Of a stretch of DNA of 64,000 bases, positions 9,682-17,864 are shown piece by piece (the first letter of the stretch is position 1; every line of letters begins with the position of its first letter). Source of the DNA: an uncultured Gammaproteobacteria bacterium. Lineage in GTDB: Bacteria > Patescibacteriota > Patescibacteriia > Magasanikbacterales > UBA922. A program made the position numbers and the translations under genes. Location: contig CAYSXR010000001.1 in NCBI GenBank assembly GCA_964435035.1, positions 212,622 to 276,621 of the forward strand, in the 5' to 3' direction. Below the pieces are notes generated by a model. It was not told where the DNA came from, did not search any database, and saw nothing but the letters and a program-made list of their open reading frames with translations.

Positions 9682-10477
9682 ATTAAAAAAAGAAGCCCGT
9701 GAAATAAGAAAAAAGATTTTGAAGATGATTACCAAATCAAAAAGCTCCCATATCGGATCATGTTTTAGTATTGTTGATATAGTGACCGTACTCTATAATG
9801 AAACGCTTTCTATTTCATCGCATGACGATCCGGACCGTGATATATTTATTTTAAGTAAAGGTCACGCGGCTGCAGCACTGTATGCCACGCTCGCACAACG
9901 TAATTTTTTTTCTTCTGAAATTCTCGATTCGTATTCGGAAGATGGGTCGCTGTTGGCAGGGCATGTGATAAAGGGCTGTGTACCAGGATTAGAGGCAACT
10001 GTAGGTTCACTGGGGCACGGATTCCCGATGGTGGGCGGTTTTGCGCTTGCAAATAAAGGGAATACCAGGAAGTTCTACTGTTTGGTAGGGGATGGTGAGT
10101 GTAATGAGGGATCTATCTGGGAGGCAGCAAACTTTTGTAGTCAATTCAAACTGAATAATCTCACCGTCATTATTGATTGCAATAAACAACAGGGTATGGG
10201 GTATACCACGGATATTATGAATATGGATAATATGAAAGAGCGCTGGAGCGCATGTGGGTGGGAAACCATAGAGGTTGATGGGCATAATTTTGATGAACTA
10301 AAAAAAGTTTTTGCGTATTCCTGTAGCCGGACGAGTAATCAGCCATTGGCAATAATTGCGCACACCATAAAAGGAAAAGGAATTTCATGGATGGAAGATA
10401 GGATCGAATGGCATTATCGGCCACCAACGGATGAGGAATTAAAAAAAGCATTACTAGAAATTGAGGAAATTGTATGA
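9668..10477 (+). CDS. Transketolase-like, N-terminal ThDP-binding subunit
   Basis: SHIGS, DIFILSKGH, GSLGHG, GDGECNEG...N ThDP motif, TIKGKG. ATG 9668 chosen as start. Confidence 0.9.
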   Translation: MNPAELKKEAREIRKKILKMITKSKSSHIGSCFSIVDIVTVLYNETLSISSHDDPDRDIFILSKGHAAAALYATLAQRNFFSSEILDSYSEDGSLLAGHVIKGCVPGLEATVGSLGHGFPMVGGFALANKGNTRKFYCLVGDGECNEGSIWEAANFCSQFKLNNLTVIIDCNKQQGMGYTTDIMNMDNMKERWSACGWETIEVDGHNFDELKKVFAYSCSRTSNQPLAIIAHTIKGKGISWMEDRIEWHYRPPTDEELKKALLEIEEIV

Positions 10478-11397
10478 GAAATACGGTTATTAATGCAATT
10501 CATGAAGCAGCGAAGTTGGATGCAAACATAGTATTCATTACTGGAGACTTGGGTTATTCAGTGATTGAAAAATTTCAAGCTGAATTGCCTGATCAGGTTA
10601 TCAATACCGGAATCGCCGAACAAAACATGATGGGAGTTGCTGCGGGGATGGCTCTTGCAGGCAAAAAAGTGTTTGTATATAGCATCGTGCCATTTGCCAC
10701 CATGCGATGTTTTGAACAAATAAGAGTAGATGTGTGCTACCAGAATCTTGATGTGACAATTATTGGTGTGGGGGGTGGATTTGCTTATGGAACACTAGGG
10801 ACAACGCATTTTGGAAGTGAGGATCTTTCACTCATGCGCTCACTACCAAATATGAAAGTGGTTGCTCCTGCTGATCCAAAAGAAGCAGAGATTTTGTCTA
10901 AACAGATACTGAACGAACGAGGTCCCTGGTACATTCGTCTTAATCGAGGAGGTGAAAAGCAGCTTACTCATGAAGACATTGGTAATACTAAGATTGGTGT
11001 AGGATCAGTCATGAGAAGTGGAACAGAGGTCACTTTATTTTCAATCGGCGCAATTACTGATATTGCTCTCCAGGCGAGTGAGGTGTTAGGAAAAGAGGGA
11101 ATTAGTGCAGAAGTAGTCCATCTACACACCTTAAAACCCTTGGATACAGAAATAATTGTATCAAGAAGTCAGTCACGCAAAGCTCTCGTCACTATAGAAG
11201 AGCATTCTATTATTGGGGGTTTAGGTTCGGCAGTATCAGAAGTGCTTGCAGAGAAAGGAAACGCTGTGCCATTCGAGCGGATTGGGATGAGAGATATATA
11301 TCTCGATTGTATAGGGAAACAGGATTTTTTGAGAATGAAAGCGGGGATATCGGTTGAAGTGATTGTATCAACGGTAAAAAAACTATGCCAAAAATAA
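10474..11397 (+). CDS. Transketolase-like, C-terminal subunit
   Basis: GDLG, GIAEQNM, EQIRVD, G.THF, EEH..GGLGS; ATGA overlap with the previous gene. Confidence 0.9.
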   Translation: MRNTVINAIHEAAKLDANIVFITGDLGYSVIEKFQAELPDQVINTGIAEQNMMGVAAGMALAGKKVFVYSIVPFATMRCFEQIRVDVCYQNLDVTIIGVGGGFAYGTLGTTHFGSEDLSLMRSLPNMKVVAPADPKEAEILSKQILNERGPWYIRLNRGGEKQLTHEDIGNTKIGVGSVMRSGTEVTLFSIGAITDIALQASEVLGKEGISAEVVHLHTLKPLDTEIIVSRSQSRKALVTIEEHSIIGGLGSAVSEVLAEKGNAVPFERIGMRDIYLDCIGKQDFLRMKAGISVEVIVSTVKKLCQK

Positions 11398-12269
11398 AAC
11401 TATTGTTGACTGGTGGCACGGGCTTTATTGGTAAAAATATCCAAGAACAGCTGTGGAATAAGTATGATATTATTGCGCCGACACACGAAGAACTTGATTT
11501 TACTGATGCTATCGCTGTAGGTGAGTATTTGAAAAAAAATCCAGTGGACATTGTCATTAATGCTGCTGCAGCAGGAGTAAGTCGGGGAGCATCTACGGCA
11601 GAAGCCGGACTTACTAATCTAAAAATTTTTTATAGTCTGGTACGTGCCAAACCATATTTTCGTAGATGTATCATGCTAGGCTCTGGTGCTGAATATGATA
11701 AGCGAAAATCTTTGGTGCAAGTCGCTGAGTCCGCGTTTGAAGATTCAATGCCAGCCGATGAATACGGTTTTTCAAAATACGTATGCGCCAAATATGCAGA
11801 GCAGGTTTCATACATCACGCATCTCCGATTGTTTGCGGTATTTGGTAAATACGAAGATTATACCAAACGATTTATTTCAAACGTGATTTGCATGGCGCTA
11901 TTTGATCTGCCAATTACCATGAAGAAAAATGTACGTTTCGATTATTTGTTTATCGATGATTTTGTGCAGATTCTTGATCAATGCATTGAAAAAGAACCGA
12001 CCGAAAAGATTTTTAATATTGGAAGTGGTACGCCGATAGATCTATACACGCTTGCAGAAAAAATCAGGATAGCGACTGGTAAAAATATGCCAATCATGGT
12101 ACAAGAAGAAGGGTTTGGGAATGAATATACCCCGGATATAAACCTTATGAAGAATGTGTTTGGTAATAGAGTATTCACCCCGATTGATGATGCAATTGAA
12201 AAAATGGTTGCATACTATAGAGAAATATTGCCAACGCTCACTAAACAAACATTTGAAACTGATCCGTAA
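11385..12269 (+). CDS. NAD-dependent epimerase/dehydratase (SDR)
   Basis: TGGTGFIG, GSGAEY, YGFSK (YxxxK). Confidence 0.85.
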   Translation: MPKIKLLLTGGTGFIGKNIQEQLWNKYDIIAPTHEELDFTDAIAVGEYLKKNPVDIVINAAAAGVSRGASTAEAGLTNLKIFYSLVRAKPYFRRCIMLGSGAEYDKRKSLVQVAESAFEDSMPADEYGFSKYVCAKYAEQVSYITHLRLFAVFGKYEDYTKRFISNVICMALFDLPITMKKNVRFDYLFIDDFVQILDQCIEKEPTEKIFNIGSGTPIDLYTLAEKIRIATGKNMPIMVQEEGFGNEYTPDINLMKNVFGNRVFTPIDDAIEKMVAYYREILPTLTKQTFETDP

Positions 12270-12271
12270 GT

Positions 12272-13213
12272 ATGGAAAATCAAAAAAAACTTATCAGTAT
12301 CGTGACGCCTACCTACAATGAAGAAATGAATGTGGAAGAGTTGTACGTCCAAGTAAAAAATGTAATGGGAACATTACCAGACTATGCATATGAACATATT
12401 TTTATTGACAATGCGTCTCCTGATACGACGGTCGCAGTCTTGAAACGACTTGCAACAACAGACCCTCGTGTAAAAATAATTGTGAATATTCGAAATTTCG
12501 GACATCTTCGTTCACCGTATTATGGACTCCAGCAGGCGTATGGGGACGCGGTCATACTACTCGTGGCAGACTTGCAGGATCCGCCGGCTCTGATAAAGGA
12601 TTTAATACAGAAATGGGAGGAAGGAAAAAAGATTGTGATTGGGGTGAAGAATAAAAGTGAGGAAGGTGCTGCAATGTTTGCGATTCGAAAATTGTATTAC
12701 CATTTGATACAGAAATTTTCTGATGTTGATCAGGTGAAAAATTTTACTGGTTTTGGGCTCTATGATCAGAAATTTATCGAAGTGTTAAGAAAACTCAATG
12801 ATCCGTACCCATATTTTCGTGGACTCATTGCAGAATTTGGATTTGAAAAAGCAGAAATTGAATACGTGCAGCCCGTAAGAAAAAAAGGCAAGACCAAGAA
12901 TAATTTCTTTACGCTCTATGATCTCGCCATGCTTGGATTTGTCAGTCATTCCAAGGTGCCGCTACGTCTCGCGAGTTTGGTTGGTTTTTGTATGTCACTT
13001 ATTAGTTTGGTTGTCGCGACAATATATTTTGTCTACAAGCTATTATTTTGGGATAGATTTGAAGCAGGGCTTGCACCGGTGATTATCGGACTCTTTTTCT
13101 TCGGTTCAATTCAATTATTCTTTATCGGCATCATTGGTGAATATGTAGGGGCAATCCACACGCAAGTCAAAAATCGTCCGCTCGTTATTGAAAAAGAACG
13201 TATTAATTTTTAA
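12272..13213 (+). CDS. GT2 glycosyltransferase, GtrB/ArnC-like (polyprenol-phosphate sugar synthase)
   Basis: PTYNEE, DNASPD, RNFG, ADLQDPP, two C-terminal TMs and GEYVG...RP. Confidence 0.85.
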   Translation: MENQKKLISIVTPTYNEEMNVEELYVQVKNVMGTLPDYAYEHIFIDNASPDTTVAVLKRLATTDPRVKIIVNIRNFGHLRSPYYGLQQAYGDAVILLVADLQDPPALIKDLIQKWEEGKKIVIGVKNKSEEGAAMFAIRKLYYHLIQKFSDVDQVKNFTGFGLYDQKFIEVLRKLNDPYPYFRGLIAEFGFEKAEIEYVQPVRKKGKTKNNFFTLYDLAMLGFVSHSKVPLRLASLVGFCMSLISLVVATIYFVYKLLFWDRFEAGLAPVIIGLFFFGSIQLFFIGIIGEYVGAIHTQVKNRPLVIEKERINF

Positions 13214-13233
13214 CATCGAGTGCTATAGGTAAT

Positions 13234-14352
13234 ATGGAGGATTTAGTGAAAATAGAAGAAAAACATAAAATAAAATTTTTAGATACAGTGAGAGCGGGAG
13301 CAACAGTCGCTGTATTTTTATTTCATATGGGTTATCTTTTTATTACAGGATATCCTGATACAATAATACAATGGCAACGAATGGTATATTTTGGGGGTAC
13401 GGTAGGAGTAAGTGTTTTTTTTGTCTTAAGTGGATTTTTACTTTTCTATCAACTGTATAAAAACGAAGAGCCACTTACGAAAGAGAGGTTGCAGGAATAT
13501 ATACAGAAAAGACTACTTCGAATTTTACCACTATATTATCTTTCTTTGTTATGTATCGCACTGGTATTGAAGTATGATATTTTTTGGAGTACAGAAGGAT
13601 TCAAATCTATCGTGTATAACCTTCTATTTCTGCGTGAGATAAAAAGTGGTGGAAGCCAGGGGATTATACCGATCAATCCCGTATATTGGTCCCTGGTAGT
13701 AGAGATGCATTTTTATATTCTCCTCCCTATTTTTTATTCCATTTTTTACAAATATAAAAAAGCTATTTTATTCCTGCTACCAATTCTACTGGGACTGCTC
13801 TACAGAGTAATTTTAGTTTTTGTGGTGAAAGATCCGAGTATGCAATTTCTTCGATTTACACCCGCAAATTTTGATTTTTTTGCATTAGGTATGTTTGGTG
13901 CATACATATATGTAAAGAGAAAAGATCTGGTACAAAAATTAGGTGATTACAAATTACAAATTTTGTTTGTAATACTCTTTTTGGCGTGTGTTCGTTTTTA
14001 TGACTTTGAATTCTCACCAACATTCGCATATATTGCCGCTCCCATTATACTTGGCATCCTTACTGTAGTGTCGATACTTTCATTTTTGGGGAACGATCGA
14101 ACTTTGCTATCGCGTGCGCTTACGGTGACTCCTGTTATGTTTATTGCTAAAATTAGTTTTAGTATTTATGTATGGCATCCCGTGGTTTTTGAATATGTTG
14201 AAAAAATGTCCATAGTACAATCAAACTCTTCAAAAATTATACTGAATACGATTATAACACTTATTATTTCAACGATAACCTACTACGCAATTGAGGCTCC
14301 TTTTCTTAGATTGAAAAGAAAGAAAGCAGAATACGTGCAAGAACTACCCTAA
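13234..14352 (+). CDS. Acyltransferase-3 family O-acyltransferase
   Basis: LDTVRA...FH, GVSVFFVLSGFLL, RLLRILP.Y, WSLVVEMHFY, ISFSIYVWH, IEAP. Confidence 0.9.
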   Translation: MEDLVKIEEKHKIKFLDTVRAGATVAVFLFHMGYLFITGYPDTIIQWQRMVYFGGTVGVSVFFVLSGFLLFYQLYKNEEPLTKERLQEYIQKRLLRILPLYYLSLLCIALVLKYDIFWSTEGFKSIVYNLLFLREIKSGGSQGIIPINPVYWSLVVEMHFYILLPIFYSIFYKYKKAILFLLPILLGLLYRVILVFVVKDPSMQFLRFTPANFDFFALGMFGAYIYVKRKDLVQKLGDYKLQILFVILFLACVRFYDFEFSPTFAYIAAPIILGILTVVSILSFLGNDRTLLSRALTVTPVMFIAKISFSIYVWHPVVFEYVEKMSIVQSNSSKIILNTIITLIISTITYYAIEAPFLRLKRKKAEYVQELP

Positions 14353-14360
14353 TACGAGGC

Positions 14361-14397
14361 AAAAAAAGACGAAGGCACCTAGAATTACTAGGTGCCT
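14361..14397 (-). terminator. Intrinsic terminator downstream of the HAD gene
   Basis: Perfect 10-bp stem AGGCACCTAG-AATTA-CTAGGTGCCT with an A7 tract to its left (U tract on the minus strand). Confidence 0.75.
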
Positions 14398-14432
14398 GTG
14401 TTGTTTCGGCGTACAGTGACCTCGGAGAAGTA

Positions 14433-15047
14433 TTACTTCAGTCCGATTTCGATCAGTTGACGCTCGAAGTTCGGGGCATCGGTGAACACCTCGGCTCTGA
14501 TGCCGAAATCACGTGCCGCTTCGACCAGTCGAGGAAGGTCATCGAAGAAGACAGTCTCCTGCGGGAGAACTCCGGCGAGGTCGACGGCTGCCTGGAAGAA
14601 CGCAGGCTCAGGTTTGTAGAGCCGGTACTCGTGGGACAGCAGGTGGTGGTCGAACTTCTGGAGGAGTAGGATCCGGGGGTAGATCCATTCCCAAGCGATA
14701 CCATTCACGTTCGAGAGCAGGAGAAGCTTCACGCGTCCGACGAGTGAGTCGATCAGGGGAAGTACTGCGTCGTGGATCGTGAAGTGACAGGTCCAGAGAT
14801 CGATGAATTCGTCCATGGTGAGAGTGATTCCGTACTCCTTGCAGAATGCTTCGCGGATGGCGTCACCCTCGAGGTCGCCGCGATTCACACCTTGCCAGAA
14901 GGCGCTATCCTTGCTCGTGACGAAGTGTCGAATGCGATCAATCGAGACACCCGTCTTCTCGGCCATTGCTGGGAAGAGCTTGCCCTCATCGTCGTGGAAG
15001 ATGAGTACATTGCCGAGGTCGAAGATTACGGCTTTTGGAGGATTCAT
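14433..15047 (-). CDS. HAD-superfamily phosphatase (YihX-like), GC-rich
   Basis: VIFDLGNVL (motif I), LLSN, KP, VFFDD. Confidence 0.85.
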   Translation of the reverse strand: MNPPKAVIFDLGNVLIFHDDEGKLFPAMAEKTGVSIDRIRHFVTSKDSAFWQGVNRGDLEGDAIREAFCKEYGITLTMDEFIDLWTCHFTIHDAVLPLIDSLVGRVKLLLLSNVNGIAWEWIYPRILLLQKFDHHLLSHEYRLYKPEPAFFQAAVDLAGVLPQETVFFDDLPRLVEAARDFGIRAEVFTDAPNFERQLIEIGLK

Positions 15048-15094
15048 AGGTATCCTTTGGTGAGTTATGGCGTTATATGACCAAACACTTTACT

Positions 15095-15157
15095 TAAACT
15101 ACCACATAAATAATAGGAGGGTCAAATATTGACGTTTTTGGTAGTTTATGATAAGTT
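15095..15157. promoter_or_regulatory. Back-to-back divergent promoter region
   Basis: GTCAA-ATA-TTGAC supplies -35 hexamers on both strands (TTGACG +, TTGACC -). A 10-bp inverted repeat TAAACTACCA (15095) / TGGTAGTTTA (15139) flanks it. Confidence 0.45.
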
Positions 15158-15223
15158 GCTCTATCTTTTCAAACCGCAGTGGGTGGAAGGATAGACAAGT
15201 CTAAGATAAGGAGGAGTACCCCC

Positions 15224-15808
15224 ATGGGTGCAAAGAATCCACTGACCCGTGAAGAATGGCTCATCCTGTGTGAGCAGATGAAGGACGTCGATCTGACGAA
15301 TCTCGGTCGCGAGGGTCGGGCGCTCATCGCGCAGGTCGTGAACGTGGTTCCGGACGACGAGCCCTTCGGCCAGTCGCTCTTCGATGCACTGACCTATGTC
15401 GCGGGCTGTTCGCCGGCTTTCGAAGGCGGACTCGCTCGCAAGAAGGATGGGCGTGTGCAGATCTATCTGCGTCAGCGTTCGATGAACGAGTCGGCCTATC
15501 CGGGCGAGTGGCATCTGCCTGGCACCTTCTTCCGTAAGGGAGAGCAGCCTATCGCGGTCGCGCGTCGGCTCTGCAAGTCCGAGTTCGAGGGGGTCGTGGT
15601 CAAGAGCATCCTGCACCTCGAAGACTTCTTCGTTGACGAGGCTCGCGGGAACATCGAGTCCAAGCTCTACGCGATCGAGGTCGAAGGTGACCCGACCGGG
15701 AAGAGCGGGAAGTGGTTCGACCTCGAGGACGTGCCGTCGCCATTGGTCGATCACCACGCCGAGAAGCTCATCCCACGGCTCCTCAAGTACATGGGCGAGG
15801 TGCGCTAA
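15224..15808 (+). CDS. Nudix-fold protein with GDP-mannose mannosyl hydrolase-like box, GC-rich
   Basis: YPGEWHLPGTFFRKGEQPIAVARRLCKSEF; TAAGGAGGAG Shine-Dalgarno upstream of ATG 15224. Confidence 0.7.
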   Translation: MGAKNPLTREEWLILCEQMKDVDLTNLGREGRALIAQVVNVVPDDEPFGQSLFDALTYVAGCSPAFEGGLARKKDGRVQIYLRQRSMNESAYPGEWHLPGTFFRKGEQPIAVARRLCKSEFEGVVVKSILHLEDFFVDEARGNIESKLYAIEVEGDPTGKSGKWFDLEDVPSPLVDHHAEKLIPRLLKYMGEVR

Positions 15809-15835
15809 TACAAAGCGCCTCACACTCACGACAAT

Positions 15836-15911
15836 GTTCCGTCCATCATCTCCTAAAGGGGGTGGTGGACGGGACTCATAAATTAACTAGGCAACAGAAT
15901 TGCCTTTTTTT
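15836..15911 (+). terminator. Long G-U-rich hairpin followed by a small terminator
   Basis: GTTCCGTCCATCATCTCCT-AA-AGGGGGTGGTGGACGGGAC, then AGGCAA-CAGAA-TTGCCT-T6. Confidence 0.6.
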
Positions 15912-15953
15912 GTTTGAAATGATAGGATGAGAGCATATTTTAGCCAAATTGTT

Positions 15954-16550
15954 ATGCCAAAAACATCCTCAAAAAAGGCAAAGATGCAGAGTACAATTTC
16001 TGAGAAATTAGAACATTTTGGTATTACACCTCATGAAGTGATTGAGCTTTTTGAGAGTCTTGTAGAAAACACATGGAAAGAAAAGGATAAAGAGCTTATA
16101 CATCCGGGTAATTCTCTTGATAAGAGATTATTTGAAGCAATTGCAAAATTAGGCATCTCAGTAGCACTCGAAGCAGTACTTTTTCGTACCAAAGGAGAAA
16201 AGGTAGAAGTTTTTATGACGAAGCGAGGAAAAGATGAAAGTTTTCCCGGGGAGTGGCATTGTCCAGGCAGTGTGTTTCGTCCAGGAGAGTTTCCTCATAA
16301 TGTCCTAGCGCGGCTTGCAAAACAAGAATTTAAAACAAAAGTTGTTCTCGAAAGTGATTGTGTAGCTGATGTGTTTGTCAAAGAAATGCGAGGATGGTTT
16401 TTGTCACGAGTGTATCTGGTAAAGGTTGTAGGAAAGCCGACTTCAAAAGGAAAATGGTTTTCAGTTACCAAATTGCCAAAAGATACGGTGGCACATCATA
16501 AAAATTTTGTAATTCCAAAAGCACTGAAGGAATATAAAAAAATAAAATAA
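15954..16550 (+). CDS. Nudix-fold protein, AT-rich homolog of 15224-15808
   Basis: FPGEWHCPGSVFRPGEFPHNVLARLAKQEF; also shares RG, GKWF and HH motifs with the upstream gene. Start could be 15927. Confidence 0.7.
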   Translation: MPKTSSKKAKMQSTISEKLEHFGITPHEVIELFESLVENTWKEKDKELIHPGNSLDKRLFEAIAKLGISVALEAVLFRTKGEKVEVFMTKRGKDESFPGEWHCPGSVFRPGEFPHNVLARLAKQEFKTKVVLESDCVADVFVKEMRGWFLSRVYLVKVVGKPTSKGKWFSVTKLPKDTVAHHKNFVIPKALKEYKKIK

Positions 16551-16553
16551 GCT

Positions 16554-17864
16554 ATGGATGACAAATTAAAACAACTATTGATTGAAGATTATAATGCCAG
16601 ATTCTTAGCTAAGGAATTTGTCCCGGGTGTATCAGCTGTTCCTGTATCGGGGAAAGTTTTTGATTCTGAAGAGATCATTAATGCAACCGAAGCAGTTCTC
16701 GAGGGTTGGTGGACTGATGGAAAATATACTGCCATGTTTGAGCATCGTATGGCGCAGTGGCTTGGTGTGAAGTATGGATGTTTTGTAAATTCAGGCTCAT
16801 CTGCAAATCTGATTGCAGTAACAGCACTTACCTCGATGAAGTTGCAGGACAAAAGATTGAAACCCGGTGATGAGGTCATTACTGTTGCAGCAGGATTTCC
16901 AAGCACCGTAAATCCGATTGTGCAGAATGGATTGGTGCCTGTGTTTGTTGATGTGGATCTCGGTACATACAATGCAAATATTGAGGCGATTCAAAAGGCA
17001 ATTTCTCCAAAGACTCGAGCAATCATGATTGCTCACACTCTTGGTAATCCGTTTGATCTGGGAGCAATCAAAGAATTGTGTGAGAAACATGATTTCTGGC
17101 TTATTGAAGATAACTGTGATGCTCTGGGAGCTACGTTTAATGGTAAAAAAACAGGCACATTTGGACATATTGCTACCTGTAGTTTTTATCCCGCACATCA
17201 TATTACGACTGCAGAAGGAGGAATGGTATTTACGAATAACTCAAGACTGTACAAAATAATTGAATCAATCAGAGATTGGGGACGTGATTGCTGGTGCGAG
17301 ACAGGTAAGGATAACACCTGTCAAAAACGTTTTTGTTGGCAGCTTGGTGAATTGCCCTATGGATATGATCATAAATATATTTATTCAGAAATGGGCTATA
17401 ACCTGAAAGCTACTGATATCCAGGCGGCGCTTGGGCTTGCACAATTTGCAAAACTCGATTCTTTTGTTGAAAAAAGAAGAGAGAACTTTAACACACTGTA
17501 CGAAGGATTAAAAAAATTCGAAGAATATTTTATATTACCTTCCTGGCAAAAGGAAGCAAATCCAAGTTCGTTTGGGTTCCTTCTAACGGTCAAAGATACC
17601 GCGCCTTTTACACGTGATGAGATTGTACAGCACTTGCAAGAGAAAAAAATAGGTACCAGATTTTTGTTTGCAGGAAATATTTTAAGACAGCCCTATTTTG
17701 TTGATAGGAAAATTGAATATCGTGTGGTAGGGGAATTAAAAAATGCTGATACAATTGTAAAAAATACCTTCTGGATCGGTGTATATCCAGGGCTTACGGG
17801 TGAAATGCTTGAGTATATTATTAAGATGTTTGAAGAGTTTATTGCTACACGTCGAGCTATATGA
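16554..17864 (+). CDS. rfbH: CDP-4-keto-6-deoxyglucose 3-dehydrase (RfbH/DdhC, E1)
   Basis: VPVSGKV, NSGSSANL, EDNCDALG, SFYPAHHITT (His in place of the PLP Lys), RDWGRDCWC..GKDNTC, GYDHKY. Confidence 0.92.
   Translation: MDDKLKQLLIEDYNARFLAKEFVPGVSAVPVSGKVFDSEEIINATEAVLEGWWTDGKYTAMFEHRMAQWLGVKYGCFVNSGSSANLIAVTALTSMKLQDKRLKPGDEVITVAAGFPSTVNPIVQNGLVPVFVDVDLGTYNANIEAIQKAISPKTRAIMIAHTLGNPFDLGAIKELCEKHDFWLIEDNCDALGATFNGKKTGTFGHIATCSFYPAHHITTAEGGMVFTNNSRLYKIIESIRDWGRDCWCETGKDNTCQKRFCWQLGELPYGYDHKYIYSEMGYNLKATDIQAALGLAQFAKLDSFVEKRRENFNTLYEGLKKFEEYFILPSWQKEANPSSFGFLLTVKDTAPFTRDEIVQHLQEKKIGTRFLFAGNILRQPYFVDRKIEYRVVGELKNADTIVKNTFWIGVYPGLTGEMLEYIIKMFEEFIATRRAI

Noticed and set aside
15161-15829. 222-aa minus-strand ORF
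   Set aside because: Antisense to the Nudix gene, which has motifs, an RBS and an adjacent homolog.
14361-15911. Flanking hairpins as integron attC sites
   Set aside because: No RYYYAAC/GTTRRRY boxes recognised, genes are divergent and no integron integrase is present; the hairpins fit terminators.
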